In this document: piece by piece, positions 10,223-19,549 of the stretch
How positions within the stretch are numbered: the first letter of the stretch is position 1
Layout of the letters: every line of letters starts with the position of its first letter
NCBI GenBank assembly: GCA_025361565.1
Contig: JANYKN010000116.1
Location: 284,470-348,469, forward strand
Direction of reading: 5' to 3'
From: Bacteroidota bacterium
GTDB lineage: Bacteria > Bacteroidota > Bacteroidia > Bacteroidales > NBLH01
DNA length: 64,000 bases
Notes under the pieces: model-generated
What the model saw: only the letters and a program-made list of their open reading frames with translations
Told to the model about the DNA's origin: nothing
The model's database searches: none
Made by a program: the position numbers and the translations under genes

Positions 10223-10774
10223 TTATTTTTTTGGCGAAAAGAACATGATCATGCGCTTACCTTCTAATTTTGGAAGTTGCTCAACTTTTGCAAATTCCTC
10301 AAGTTCCTGCGCTAATTTTAACAACAAAACTTCTCCTTGTTCCTTAAACAATATTGAACGTCCTTTAAAAAAGACATAAGCCTTAACTTTCGAACCTTCT
10401 TCAAGAAATTTCATTGCATGCTTTAATTTAAAATTAAAATCATGCTCATCGGTATTAGGCCCAAACCTTATTTCTTTAACAATTATTTTAGTTGATTTGG
10501 ACTTTATTTCCTTTTGTTTCTTCTTTTGCTGATATAAAAACTTTTGATAATCAACCAGTTTACAGACAGGAGGAACAGCATTTGGAGAAATTTCAACCAA
10601 ATCAAGTTCCAACTCGTCAGCCATTTTAAGCGCTTCATCTAGTGAAACAATGCCTGGTTCAATATTTTCGCCTACTAACCTGACTACCTGAGCACGGATA
10701 TATCGATTAATCTTGTACTTGGTGTCATTATCACTTTGGCCTCTCGGGGGTAAAATTCGTTTTCCTATTGTAAT
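10223..10774 (-). CDS. infC: Translation initiation factor IF-3 with a non-AUG start
   Basis: The track ORF (133 aa) begins at an internal Met. The same frame stays open upstream and encodes ..[44 protein letters not shown], the conserved IF-3 N-domain. Candidate starts are ATT (10774) or ATA (10768), behind AAGGAGG. Confidence 0.9.
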   Translation of the reverse strand: MTIGKRILPPRGQSDNDTKYKINRYIRAQVVRLVGENIEPGIVSLDEALKMADELELDLVEISPNAVPPVCKLVDYQKFLYQQKKKQKEIKSKSTKIIVKEIRFGPNTDEHDFNFKLKHAMKFLEEGSKVKAYVFFKGRSILFKEQGEVLLLKLAQELEEFAKVEQLPKLEGKRMIMFFSPKK

Positions 10775-10856
10775 TTCCTCCTTATAATTTGTTAAACATC
10801 TCTTTTTTATAAAAAAACTTTACAAAAATAAAGTAAAGTTTCTAAAATTCAAATCT

Positions 10857-12794
10857 TTAACTCGATAATTGTTGTTCAATAACCTGATTAATATGATCTG
10901 CAAAGGTTTTAATATCCATAGAACCCATATCGCCTTCGCCTTGTTTACGAACAGAAATGCTACCATCAGCTTCTTCTTTTTCGCCGACAATAAGTAAATA
11001 TGGTATTTTCTTTAATTCGTTGTCCCTGATTTTTTTTCCAATTTTTTCATTCCTTTCATCTAGGACAGTGCGAATATCGTAATTATTTAATTCATTCAAA
11101 ACTTTTTTAGCATAATCATTGAATTTTTCGCTTATTGGTAAAACAACTGCTTGCTCAGGAGTTAACCAGAGTGGAAATTTTCCGGCAGTATGTTCAATCA
11201 ACACGGCTACAAAACGTTCCATAGAACCAAATGGTGCTCTATGTATCATTACCGGGCGATGCTTTTTATCATCGTTGCCAATATATTCAAGTTCAAACCT
11301 TTCAGGAAGGTTATAATCAACCTGAATGGTTCCCAATTGCCATTTTCTACCAATAGCATCTTTTACCATAAAGTCAAGTTTGGGGCCATAAAAAGCTGCC
11401 TCGCCATAAACTGTAACAGCGGTGAGTCCTTTTTCAGTGACAGCTTCTACAATTGCTTTTTCTGCTTTTTCCCAATTTTCATCACTTCCAATATACTTGC
11501 TCAAATCTTCCTTATCGCGCAAAGAAATTTGTGTTTCGAAATTTGCAAAATCAAGTGTTTTGAAAATATACAAAACAATATCAATTACTTTTATGAACTC
11601 TTCCTTTAATTGATCGGGACGACAAAAAATATGTGCATCATCCTGGGTGAAACCGCGAACTCTTGTAAGGCCATGCAATTCTCCACTTTGCTCATAGCGA
11701 TAAACAGTTCCAAACTCGGCAAAACGAATTGGCAAATCTTTGTAAGACCTAGGTTTTGTCCTGTAAATTTCGCAATGATGAGGACAATTCATCGGCTTCA
11801 ATAAAAATTCCTCGCCTTCAGCAGGAGTTGTGATAGGCTGAAATGAGTCTTTTCCATATTTGGCATAATGACCAGACGTTACGTACAATTCTTTTTGTCC
11901 AATATGCGGAGTAATTACTGGATCGTAACCATGTTTCTTCTGAACTTTTCTTAAGAAATTTTCAAGTCTTTCTCTTAACAATGCACCTTTTGGAAGCCAA
12001 AGTGGCAATCCCTGCCCTACCCTTGCAGAAAATGCAAATAGTTCAAGTTCCTTTCCAATTTTACGATGATCACGTTTTAAAGCTTCTTCAAGCAACAACA
12101 AATAATCATCTAGTAATTTTTGTTTAGGAAAACTGATACCATATACACGGGTCAATTGTTTCCTCTTTTCATCGCCACGCCAGTATGCACCGGCAATTTT
12201 CATCAGCTTAACAGCTTTAATAAAACCAGTATCGGGCAAATGTGGGCCACGGCATAAATCGGTGAAATTACCTTGTTTGTAAAAAGTAATTGTACCGTCG
12301 GTTAAATCGGTAATCAATTCAATTTTATAGATATCACCTTTTTCGGTGAAATATTTCAGTGCTTCTTCTTTACTAACTTCAGTACGAATAAATGTGCTTT
12401 TTTCACGAGCCATATCGAGCATTTTTTGCTCAATTTTTTTGAAATCACTATCTGATATTGTTGAACCTTCAGGCAAATCAATATCATAATAAAATCCATT
12501 TTCGATAGTTGGCCCAATTCCCAGTTTAACTCCAGGATAAAAGAATTCCAGCGCTTCGGCCATCAAATGAGCTGATGAATGCCAGAATGCATTTTTGCCT
12601 TCTTCATCTTCCCATTTATAAAGCTGAATTTCTGCATCTTGCATAATAGGTCTCGTAACATCGTAGGTTTCACCATTTACTCCAACAGCTACAACCTCTT
12701 TAGCCAAACTATTACTAAGACTTTTAGCGATATCCAATCCATTGATACCTACAGGATATTCTTTAACTTTTTTATCCGGAAATATAATTCTCAT
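10857..12794 (-). CDS. thrS: Threonine--tRNA ligase
   Basis: About 645 aa with TGS, editing, class II core ([13 protein letters not shown]) and anticodon-binding regions. The ATG is at 12794; the track start at 12797 is a TTG one codon upstream. Confidence 0.97.
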   Translation of the reverse strand: MRIIFPDKKVKEYPVGINGLDIAKSLSNSLAKEVVAVGVNGETYDVTRPIMQDAEIQLYKWEDEEGKNAFWHSSAHLMAEALEFFYPGVKLGIGPTIENGFYYDIDLPEGSTISDSDFKKIEQKMLDMAREKSTFIRTEVSKEEALKYFTEKGDIYKIELITDLTDGTITFYKQGNFTDLCRGPHLPDTGFIKAVKLMKIAGAYWRGDEKRKQLTRVYGISFPKQKLLDDYLLLLEEALKRDHRKIGKELELFAFSARVGQGLPLWLPKGALLRERLENFLRKVQKKHGYDPVITPHIGQKELYVTSGHYAKYGKDSFQPITTPAEGEEFLLKPMNCPHHCEIYRTKPRSYKDLPIRFAEFGTVYRYEQSGELHGLTRVRGFTQDDAHIFCRPDQLKEEFIKVIDIVLYIFKTLDFANFETQISLRDKEDLSKYIGSDENWEKAEKAIVEAVTEKGLTAVTVYGEAAFYGPKLDFMVKDAIGRKWQLGTIQVDYNLPERFELEYIGNDDKKHRPVMIHRAPFGSMERFVAVLIEHTAGKFPLWLTPEQAVVLPISEKFNDYAKKVLNELNNYDIRTVLDERNEKIGKKIRDNELKKIPYLLIVGEKEEADGSISVRKQGEGDMGSMDIKTFADHINQVIEQQLSS

Positions 12795-12822
12795 CAATCT
12801 TTTACTTTAAAAAATAAGAGTG

Positions 12823-12830
12823 CAAAAGTA
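12823..12830 (-). promoter_or_regulatory. Bacteroidota -7 promoter box for thrS
   Basis: The minus strand reads TACTTTTG, 29 nt upstream of the thrS ATG. Confidence 0.45.
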
Positions 12831-12849
12831 CTTAATTATTTGGAAATTA

Positions 12850-12889
12850 GAAATAAGATATTTGAAATTGAAATAAGATATTTGAAATT
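12850..12889. repeat. Perfect tandem duplication of a 20-bp unit
   Basis: GAAATAAGATATTTGAAATT occurs twice head-to-tail (12850-12869, 12870-12889), flanked by partial copies (TGGAAATTA, TGAAAC), immediately upstream of the thrS -7 box. Confidence 0.9.
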
Positions 12890-12958
12890 TGAAACTATTA
12901 GAATGCGCTAAAAATCGTAATTGTCTATTATCAAGCATACTAACAACTATTTTTTTGA

Positions 12959-14119
12959 TTAAAGCCTTGACTCTAAAATTTCTTCCATTTCTTGTAAACT
13001 AATATCTTGTTGGGCACCAACAGCCTTCATACCACGTTGTTCAAAACGTGTTTTAATTTTTTGGATTGTTGGTAAACCAACATTGTGTTCGCTTAAAAGT
13101 GTTTTGGCACCTAATTTTCTATAAAATTCATCAGTCTTGCTTATCGCAGTTTCTATCCTTTCATCAATTGAACCTTCATTAATGCCCCAAACCCTTGAAG
13201 CATATTGAAGTAACCTTTCTCTTCTTTTGGTTTTCATTTTGCGCAATAATCCGGGAAGAACAATTGCCAAGGTAACTGCATGGTCAATTCCATGGAATGC
13301 AGTTAGCTCATGACCAATTGTATGCGTTGCCCAATCGTGCTTAACTCCAACCCCAATTAAACCATTAAGCGCCATAGTAGCAGCCCACATAATGTTTGCC
13401 CTGTTTTCATAATTAGGTTTTTCATTTTCTACAGCTTTAATTCCTTCTTCAATCAGTGTTAATAAAATACCTTCAGCAAATCGATCCTGAATTGGAGAGT
13501 TAACCGGATAAGTTAAATATTGTTCCATTACATGGATATATGCATCAATAATTCCATTAATTACTTGTCGTTTGGGCAAAGAATAAGTAAACTCAGGGTC
13601 AAGAACAGAAAATTTGGGAAGAACTTTTGGCGATCCAAAAGCAAGCTTCTCTTGAATCGATTTTTTTGAAATCACTGAATTACCATTCATTTCGGAACCT
13701 GTTGCGGGAAGCGTGAGCACAGCCCCAATGGGCAAAGCATCAATTACAGGTTTCGCTTTTGCCAGAATATCCCAGGGATCTTCGCCTTGATATTTAACTG
13801 CAGCTGCAATAAATTTGCTGGCATCTAATACAGATCCTCCTCCAACTGAAAGTATAAAATTAAGACCTTTCTCTTTAATAACTTTCACCGCTTCCATAGC
13901 GGTTTCGTATGTTGGATTGGCTTCAATTCCTCCAAATTCGATAATATGATAGCCTTTTACCGCTTCTTTTACCTGGTTGTAAACTCCATTTTGCATGATA
14001 CTTCCACCACCATAGGTCAGTAATATCTTTGCATCTCTTGGAATATGAGAAGCTATTTCACGGGTTTTTCCTTTTCCAAAAAGAATAGTTACAGGATTAT
14101 AAAAATTAAAATTTTCCAT
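12959..14119 (-). CDS. Iron-containing (group III) alcohol dehydrogenase, YqhD/BdhA-like
   Basis: 386 aa with LSVGGGSVLDASKF and the metal-binding region HDWATHTIGHELTAFHGIDHA. Confidence 0.85.
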   Translation of the reverse strand: MENFNFYNPVTILFGKGKTREIASHIPRDAKILLTYGGGSIMQNGVYNQVKEAVKGYHIIEFGGIEANPTYETAMEAVKVIKEKGLNFILSVGGGSVLDASKFIAAAVKYQGEDPWDILAKAKPVIDALPIGAVLTLPATGSEMNGNSVISKKSIQEKLAFGSPKVLPKFSVLDPEFTYSLPKRQVINGIIDAYIHVMEQYLTYPVNSPIQDRFAEGILLTLIEEGIKAVENEKPNYENRANIMWAATMALNGLIGVGVKHDWATHTIGHELTAFHGIDHAVTLAIVLPGLLRKMKTKRRERLLQYASRVWGINEGSIDERIETAISKTDEFYRKLGAKTLLSEHNVGLPTIQKIKTRFEQRGMKAVGAQQDISLQEMEEILESRL

Positions 14120-14241
14120 CTATAAATATTAAAAATTGTTTATTGAAACTAAATACATTCTGTTTTCAAAAATAAGAAAATGATTGAATTGTTCATTGAA
14201 AATAAGTATTCTTTTAGATAATTCAACAATACTGTAAACCA

Positions 14242-15480
14242 TCAATTTATCTGCCTAATCAACATACCTGCATAGTAATTTTTAGCTCCGTTGAACAAAG
14301 TATATTCCAAAGGCTCCGTTAAATCTCCGCTTACTTTTCTTTCTTCTTCAGCCATAAAACGGTTATCCCAAATTTTGTCTTTTTCAACTTTAATAACTCC
14401 TTTTCTTTTGTACCTGGTGTGGCCTTCATCATCCATTACCTGTTCGAGTACTTCAAATTTATCACCTTTTTCCAAACCTTCTTTCAACCCAATTTTTGCA
14501 CATAAAGGATCGCTCTTATAAAGTGGAGTTTTAGTCCTGAATACTTCGTATTTTCTTTGAAGTTTTGCTATTACATTATCAATAGCCCGAACAGTTGCGA
14601 CTGCAATTAGATCCTCCTCTGATTTTTTAGTATAACTGGTTGCCTGCAAATCAGCCCAGGCCACTTCGGTTCCAATCAATTTCAATGTGAAAATTTCGGA
14701 ATTATCAAATGCTTTTTTCCTTTTTGGATCAAAAGAATTTGAGTCCATCCAATAATCGTTGTAAAAAACAGCTGCAACTGAATCGTTCCAAACCAATTGG
14801 TACAAATAGGAAGTCGTCCTTACCACATATCCCTTTCCTGCGAAAGTGACACTTTCATCAATCAATTCGGTTTTTGAGCCAATATTTACATCAACTTTAT
14901 CAGCAACTTGGTTTAAAAGTGAAATTCCAGATTTAATTTTTGTGGCAACTTCTTCTTTACTTACATAATCAAAATCATTGACCACCACAAAAGTATTGGC
15001 AATTAGCTCTTCTCCTGCATCAGCTAAAAGCGCAAGTCCTCTTTTACTGCTTTTAGCTATATCAACGTCCATTTCGGTAGCATTGTAAGATCCTCTTTCA
15101 GCCACAAGGTTCATATCAAATGTACCTTTTATTGATCGGTCAAACCATTTCGAAACCATTGCTTTAGCAACATTATTAGTAGTTAAATAATTGTTTATAT
15201 TTTCGCTCTGGATTTGGACTTTTTCTTCTTTTGAATTTGCAGAAACAGGAATTGCATTTTCAATTTCGCGTGATTCTAAAAGATGGTTGTTAAATTTATC
15301 CGGAATGGGTGAGTTTATAAATGTTTGACGGATAACTTCAGCATAGGTTCGACTTGGCTCATTGATCATCATTGTGTATAAAGAACTACGGCGATATACA
15401 GCTTCGCTTGTTTTTAATTGTCCATAAATTAATAATGGAACAAAAACCAGAAAAATTATTGATAGAAATTTTTTCATCAC
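14242..15480 (-). CDS. Hypothetical secreted protein
   Basis: 412 aa with the signal peptide MMKKFLSIIFLVFVPLLIYGQ. I recognised no family motif. Confidence 0.5.
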   Translation of the reverse strand: MMKKFLSIIFLVFVPLLIYGQLKTSEAVYRRSSLYTMMINEPSRTYAEVIRQTFINSPIPDKFNNHLLESREIENAIPVSANSKEEKVQIQSENINNYLTTNNVAKAMVSKWFDRSIKGTFDMNLVAERGSYNATEMDVDIAKSSKRGLALLADAGEELIANTFVVVNDFDYVSKEEVATKIKSGISLLNQVADKVDVNIGSKTELIDESVTFAGKGYVVRTTSYLYQLVWNDSVAAVFYNDYWMDSNSFDPKRKKAFDNSEIFTLKLIGTEVAWADLQATSYTKKSEEDLIAVATVRAIDNVIAKLQRKYEVFRTKTPLYKSDPLCAKIGLKEGLEKGDKFEVLEQVMDDEGHTRYKRKGVIKVEKDKIWDNRFMAEEERKVSGDLTEPLEYTLFNGAKNYYAGMLIRQIN

Positions 15481-15658
15481 TAATTATATTAAATGATTTT
15501 CCCTTTATTGATAATTTGCTCTATTTCTTCTCATTGGCAAAGTTACAGCTAAAAATATTATCGATATAAATATAAGAATATTAATTTTAGCACTTAATTA
15601 GTAATTTTTAAAAACTTAAATTTAATTGGGAATAAATTTCTACCGATAAATCTAAATT

Positions 15659-16270
15659 ATGGAACTCATCATACAAAATATTCGAAATCTTATTGTAGAC
15701 AAACAGGAAATTCTTCTTGAAAAACTTAACTTTGGGGCATGTGATGCGACTTTCAGCAAGTTTAAATCAAGATTAAATATAGAGTTACCTACAATATTTT
15801 ATCAATTTTACAGCATTTTCAATGGCAGTGTTTCATCAGGAGCCCCAATATGGTTATCCATGTCACTATTACCTTTAAGTGCCATTCTAAATGAGAAAAT
15901 CCTTCTGGATAAAATGCAAAAGGAAGGTAAATTCAAAAACTGGGTTTCAGAAACATGGTGGAGTTCCGGTTATGTTCCATTTCTTTCTGATTTTTCAAAT
16001 TCACTCGTTTGCATCGATTCCGAAGGGAGTTTTAATGGCAGACCCGGACAGATTGTACACTGGCAAAATGATAATCCGGTCAGGACAATTTTATTTGAAT
16101 CGTTTGAATTTTGGCTTGAAGCACTATATATGCTCATTGAAATGTTTGATAAAGATTTAATTAAAGAAAAAAACACATATCGCCTTTTTTGCCAAAGCAA
16201 AATTGATATGATTGCAAAATCAATAAACCCTGACTATCCAAAATTAGTTACGGCTATCAGACTGGAATAG
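15659..16270 (+). CDS. SMI1/KNR4 (SUKH-1) family protein
   Basis: 203 aa. The pattern IELPTIFYQFYSIFNGS ... YVPFLSDFSNSLVCIDSEGSFNGRPGQIVHW fits SUKH-1 immunity-type domains. Confidence 0.6.
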   Translation: MELIIQNIRNLIVDKQEILLEKLNFGACDATFSKFKSRLNIELPTIFYQFYSIFNGSVSSGAPIWLSMSLLPLSAILNEKILLDKMQKEGKFKNWVSETWWSSGYVPFLSDFSNSLVCIDSEGSFNGRPGQIVHWQNDNPVRTILFESFEFWLEALYMLIEMFDKDLIKEKNTYRLFCQSKIDMIAKSINPDYPKLVTAIRLE

Positions 16271-16381
16271 AATCAGTTTCATTCAGAATTCTAACATTTT
16301 AACAAATTCATGTTTAAAACATTTTTAGTAAATACATCTGATTTTTATTAATTTGGCCGATTATATCATAAACCTATTAAA

Positions 16382-17065
16382 ATGAGCGACCTATTAATAA
16401 AAGTTCAAAATATTTCGGTGGTACAGGACGAAAAAATCATCTTGCAAAATGTTGGTTTTTCATTGTTAAAGAATGAACTGGTTTATTTAATTGGCAAAGT
16501 TGGAAGCGGAAAAACCAGTCTGATTAAAACCTTGTATGCAGAATTACCGCTATTGGTAGGCAGTTCAGATATAAATGGTTTTCAGCTTGAAAATCTTCAA
16601 CAAAAGAACATTCCTTTCTTACGCAGAACTTTGGGCATTGTATTTCAGGATTTTAAATTATTGACCGATCGGAATATTCACGACAATTTAAAGTTTGTAC
16701 TAAAAGCTACAGATTGGAAAAATGAGGATGAAATTAATATACGAATTAAAGAAGTGCTCTCAGAAGTAAAACTTTTAGACAAAGAGTTTAGCAAACCAAA
16801 TGAACTTTCGGGTGGAGAACAGCAAAGGGTTGTAGTAGCCCGTGCCTTGCTCAACAAACCTCCTGTCATTTTAGCTGATGAACCGACAGGAAATCTTGAT
16901 CCGGATTCTTCGACCCAAATAATGCGGATTTTACAATCCATTGCACAAAAAGGAAGTGGTGTAATCATTGCCACTCATCAGTATGGTTTAATCAGACAAT
17001 TTCCGGGCAGGATTTTGAAAATTGAAAATAATCAGGTGAAAGAGATTAATGTTGCTGATATATAG
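16382..17065 (+). CDS. ftsE: FtsE-like ABC ATPase
   Basis: 227 aa with Walker A GKVGSGKTS, signature LSGGEQQRV and Walker B VILADEPTGNLD. No FtsX-like permease lies nearby. Confidence 0.7.
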   Translation: MSDLLIKVQNISVVQDEKIILQNVGFSLLKNELVYLIGKVGSGKTSLIKTLYAELPLLVGSSDINGFQLENLQQKNIPFLRRTLGIVFQDFKLLTDRNIHDNLKFVLKATDWKNEDEINIRIKEVLSEVKLLDKEFSKPNELSGGEQQRVVVARALLNKPPVILADEPTGNLDPDSSTQIMRILQSIAQKGSGVIIATHQYGLIRQFPGRILKIENNQVKEINVADI

Positions 17066-17148
17066 TCCAGAAATTAGTCATTTGAACTTAACCCTTTGAA
17101 TCCGCTAAGTGTACAGTAAAATCTTTAGAAATTAAATCATTCATACAT

Positions 17149-18303
17149 TCAATCTTTCAAATTCCTGTAAAAATCTAACAAAACCTCTTCTTGATTTTCC
17201 CAACAATATTTGCCTTTGCATTTTTTTAAGTTTTGCTTAAAATTTTGAATAGCAACTGAATCATTGAGCATTATTTTAATATTCTCTAATAGCATATCCG
17301 GATCAAATCCGCTTACAGTAATTCCAATGTTTTCATTCTTTACAATCCGTTCTATTTCAGGTAATCCAGACGCTAAAACAGGAACTCCAGCATTAATAAA
17401 ATCAAATAAACGGTTTGGTAAAACATAATGATAACTTAAGCTGATATCTTCCTGAAGGACCAGTCCAATATCAGCTTTTGGGGTAAACACATTCAATTGC
17501 TCATGGCTTAGACTTCCAGTAAAAAGAACTCGATCTTCTAACTTTAAACCAGCAACCATTTGTTTAAGTTGTTTTTCAATATCTCCTTTACCAATAATAA
17601 CGAAAATTGCATTTTCGATTTTATCCATCAATGGAATAAAATGCTCAATTCCCCGGCCAATATTTAATGCTCCCTGGTAAAGTATTATTTTTTTGTTTTC
17701 AGGTATTCTAATTTGATTTTTAATTATTGGGGATGGCAATGGATTGCATAAAGGCAAATTACTAATAACCTGCATATTGATGCGATATTTTTGCTTATAA
17801 TAGTCTGCAATTGGTTCACAAACTGTATAGCTGTTTGTTATTTGGGGAAGTATCTTTTTTTCGATTATAAACCAAACTTTTTTAACCCATTTTCTATTAT
17901 TTAATTCAGGAACTTCTGTGAAGATTTCATGACTGTCATAAACCAATTTAAGTTTTATACCAACTAATCTTTTTATTCTATAAGCCATATAATTGGCTAA
18001 AAGTGTATCCAAGTCATTGGATATTAATATGCTTGCTCTTGAAAATAAAAGTATAAAAAATAAATATAAATTGTACTCGGCGTAAAACAACGGACCTTTA
18101 TGAAAAAACGGTTTAATTTGTATGTTTTTGAACTTTCTATTTTCAAGAAGTAACGAAGAGACATGCCTTCGTCCAATCAATATTGGTTCCATGCCCATTT
18201 TCTGAAGACTGGAAGCCACTTTGTGCACTCTTTGATCGGTTAGTAAATTGCCTGTAATGGAAAGTATGGCTTTCTTGCCTGACAAAATTGAATTTTCGAT
18301 CAT
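17149..18303 (-). CDS. GT-B glycosyltransferase (family 4-like)
   Basis: 384 aa with a C-terminal block ..ADIGLVLQ..LPNRLFDFINAGVPVLASGLPEIE typical of GT4/GT1 enzymes. Confidence 0.75.
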   Translation of the reverse strand: MIENSILSGKKAILSITGNLLTDQRVHKVASSLQKMGMEPILIGRRHVSSLLLENRKFKNIQIKPFFHKGPLFYAEYNLYLFFILLFSRASILISNDLDTLLANYMAYRIKRLVGIKLKLVYDSHEIFTEVPELNNRKWVKKVWFIIEKKILPQITNSYTVCEPIADYYKQKYRINMQVISNLPLCNPLPSPIIKNQIRIPENKKIILYQGALNIGRGIEHFIPLMDKIENAIFVIIGKGDIEKQLKQMVAGLKLEDRVLFTGSLSHEQLNVFTPKADIGLVLQEDISLSYHYVLPNRLFDFINAGVPVLASGLPEIERIVKNENIGITVSGFDPDMLLENIKIMLNDSVAIQNFKQNLKKCKGKYCWENQEEVLLDFYRNLKD

Positions 18304-18377
18304 GTAAATAAATCTGTTTGATTTTGGGGTTCAGACGGTAAAATTAATAAATTTACAAGCTTAAAACTGTTTTTAAT

Positions 18378-19388
18378 ATGGAAGTGCATAAGAATTTCTC
18401 ATTAAAAAATTATAATACGTTTGCTATTGAAGCATTTGCCAAATATTATGTTGCTCCATCAACAATTGATGGACTTCAAAATGTATTAAGTAAACCTAAC
18501 TATAACACTGAAAAAAAACTCATACTCGGTGGCGGCAGTAATATGTTGTTTATTAATGATTTTGATGGACTTGTGATTCATCCCAGAATTATGGGCAAAT
18601 CAATAACAACCGAAAACAAAGACGATGTAATAATTAAAGCATTTGCTGGCGAAAATTGGGATGATTTAGTAGAATGGACTGTAGAACAAGGATTTGGGGG
18701 ACTCGAAAATCTATCGCTGATACCTGGAACTGTCGGTGCTTGTCCCATTCAAAATATTGGAGCTTATGGTGTTGAAGCAGGGGATTGTATCGAAAAAGTC
18801 GAGACTATAGAAATTTTTTCCGGTGAAATAAAAGAATTTAGAAAAACGAATTGTCAGTTTGGTTATCGAACTAGTGTATTTAAAAATCAATTTAAAGATC
18901 AATATATTATCACTGCTGTAAATTTTAAATTGAGTAAAAATCCAATACTGAAAACGCATTATGGATCGGTTGAAGATGAGTTAAAAAAAATGGGAGATAT
19001 TAGCTTATCATCTGTGAGAAAAGCTATTATCAATATTCGTGAATCAAAACTTCCCAATCCACTTGAAATTCCAAATGCAGGTAGTTTTTTTAAAAACCCG
19101 ATTGTTTCGGTAGAACATGCTGGACGTTTAAAGCAAGAATTTCCCGAAATATCCACCTATAAAACTGAAACTAGTGATATAAAATTAGCTGCAGGTTGGA
19201 TGATTGATTATTTAGGTTGGAAAGGAAGATCGCTTGGAGATGCAGGAGTACATGAAAAACAAGCGCTTGTTCTTATTAATAAAAACAATGCCACAGGAGA
19301 TCAAATAATTAAACTTGCTGAAAAGATTAGAGAAGATGTATTTCAAACTTTCGAGGTGATGCTTGAGTTTGAGGTGAATATGATATGA
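18378..19388 (+). CDS. murB: UDP-N-acetylenolpyruvoylglucosamine reductase
   Basis: 336 aa with the FAD-binding N-domain (LILGGGSNMLF, GLENLSLIPGTVGACPIQNIGAYG) and the MurB C-domain (NAGSFFKNP). Confidence 0.92.
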   Translation: MEVHKNFSLKNYNTFAIEAFAKYYVAPSTIDGLQNVLSKPNYNTEKKLILGGGSNMLFINDFDGLVIHPRIMGKSITTENKDDVIIKAFAGENWDDLVEWTVEQGFGGLENLSLIPGTVGACPIQNIGAYGVEAGDCIEKVETIEIFSGEIKEFRKTNCQFGYRTSVFKNQFKDQYIITAVNFKLSKNPILKTHYGSVEDELKKMGDISLSSVRKAIINIRESKLPNPLEIPNAGSFFKNPIVSVEHAGRLKQEFPEISTYKTETSDIKLAAGWMIDYLGWKGRSLGDAGVHEKQALVLINKNNATGDQIIKLAEKIREDVFQTFEVMLEFEVNMI

Positions 19389-19549
19389 AATTATTTGAAA
19401 ATTAGTCAATTTGAAGATTTGAAATGAATTAAAAATCAGTTCTTTCCATTCTATTGCTGTTGGACAGGTTTTGGCCGCTTGATTCGCTGCGCTTCCAATG
19501 ACAGTGCGGTTTGAATCAAAAAATAAATCAATTTCAAATCGAGAACTCA

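Noticed and set aside
11119-11804. A cluster of plus-strand ORFs (up to 139 aa) inside thrS
   Set aside because: They are antisense to an unambiguous thrS reading frame. The peptides are Phe/Ile/Asn/Cys-rich noise with no family resemblance.
12850-12889. Possible CRISPR array
   Set aside because: Only two directly abutting 20-bp copies are present, with no spacers and no cas genes in the window. This is a simple tandem duplication.
12579-12911. 110-aa plus-strand ORF spanning the thrS start and the 20-bp tandem repeat
   Set aside because: It is half antisense to thrS and half promoter/repeat DNA. Its repeated residues simply reflect the DNA tandem repeat.
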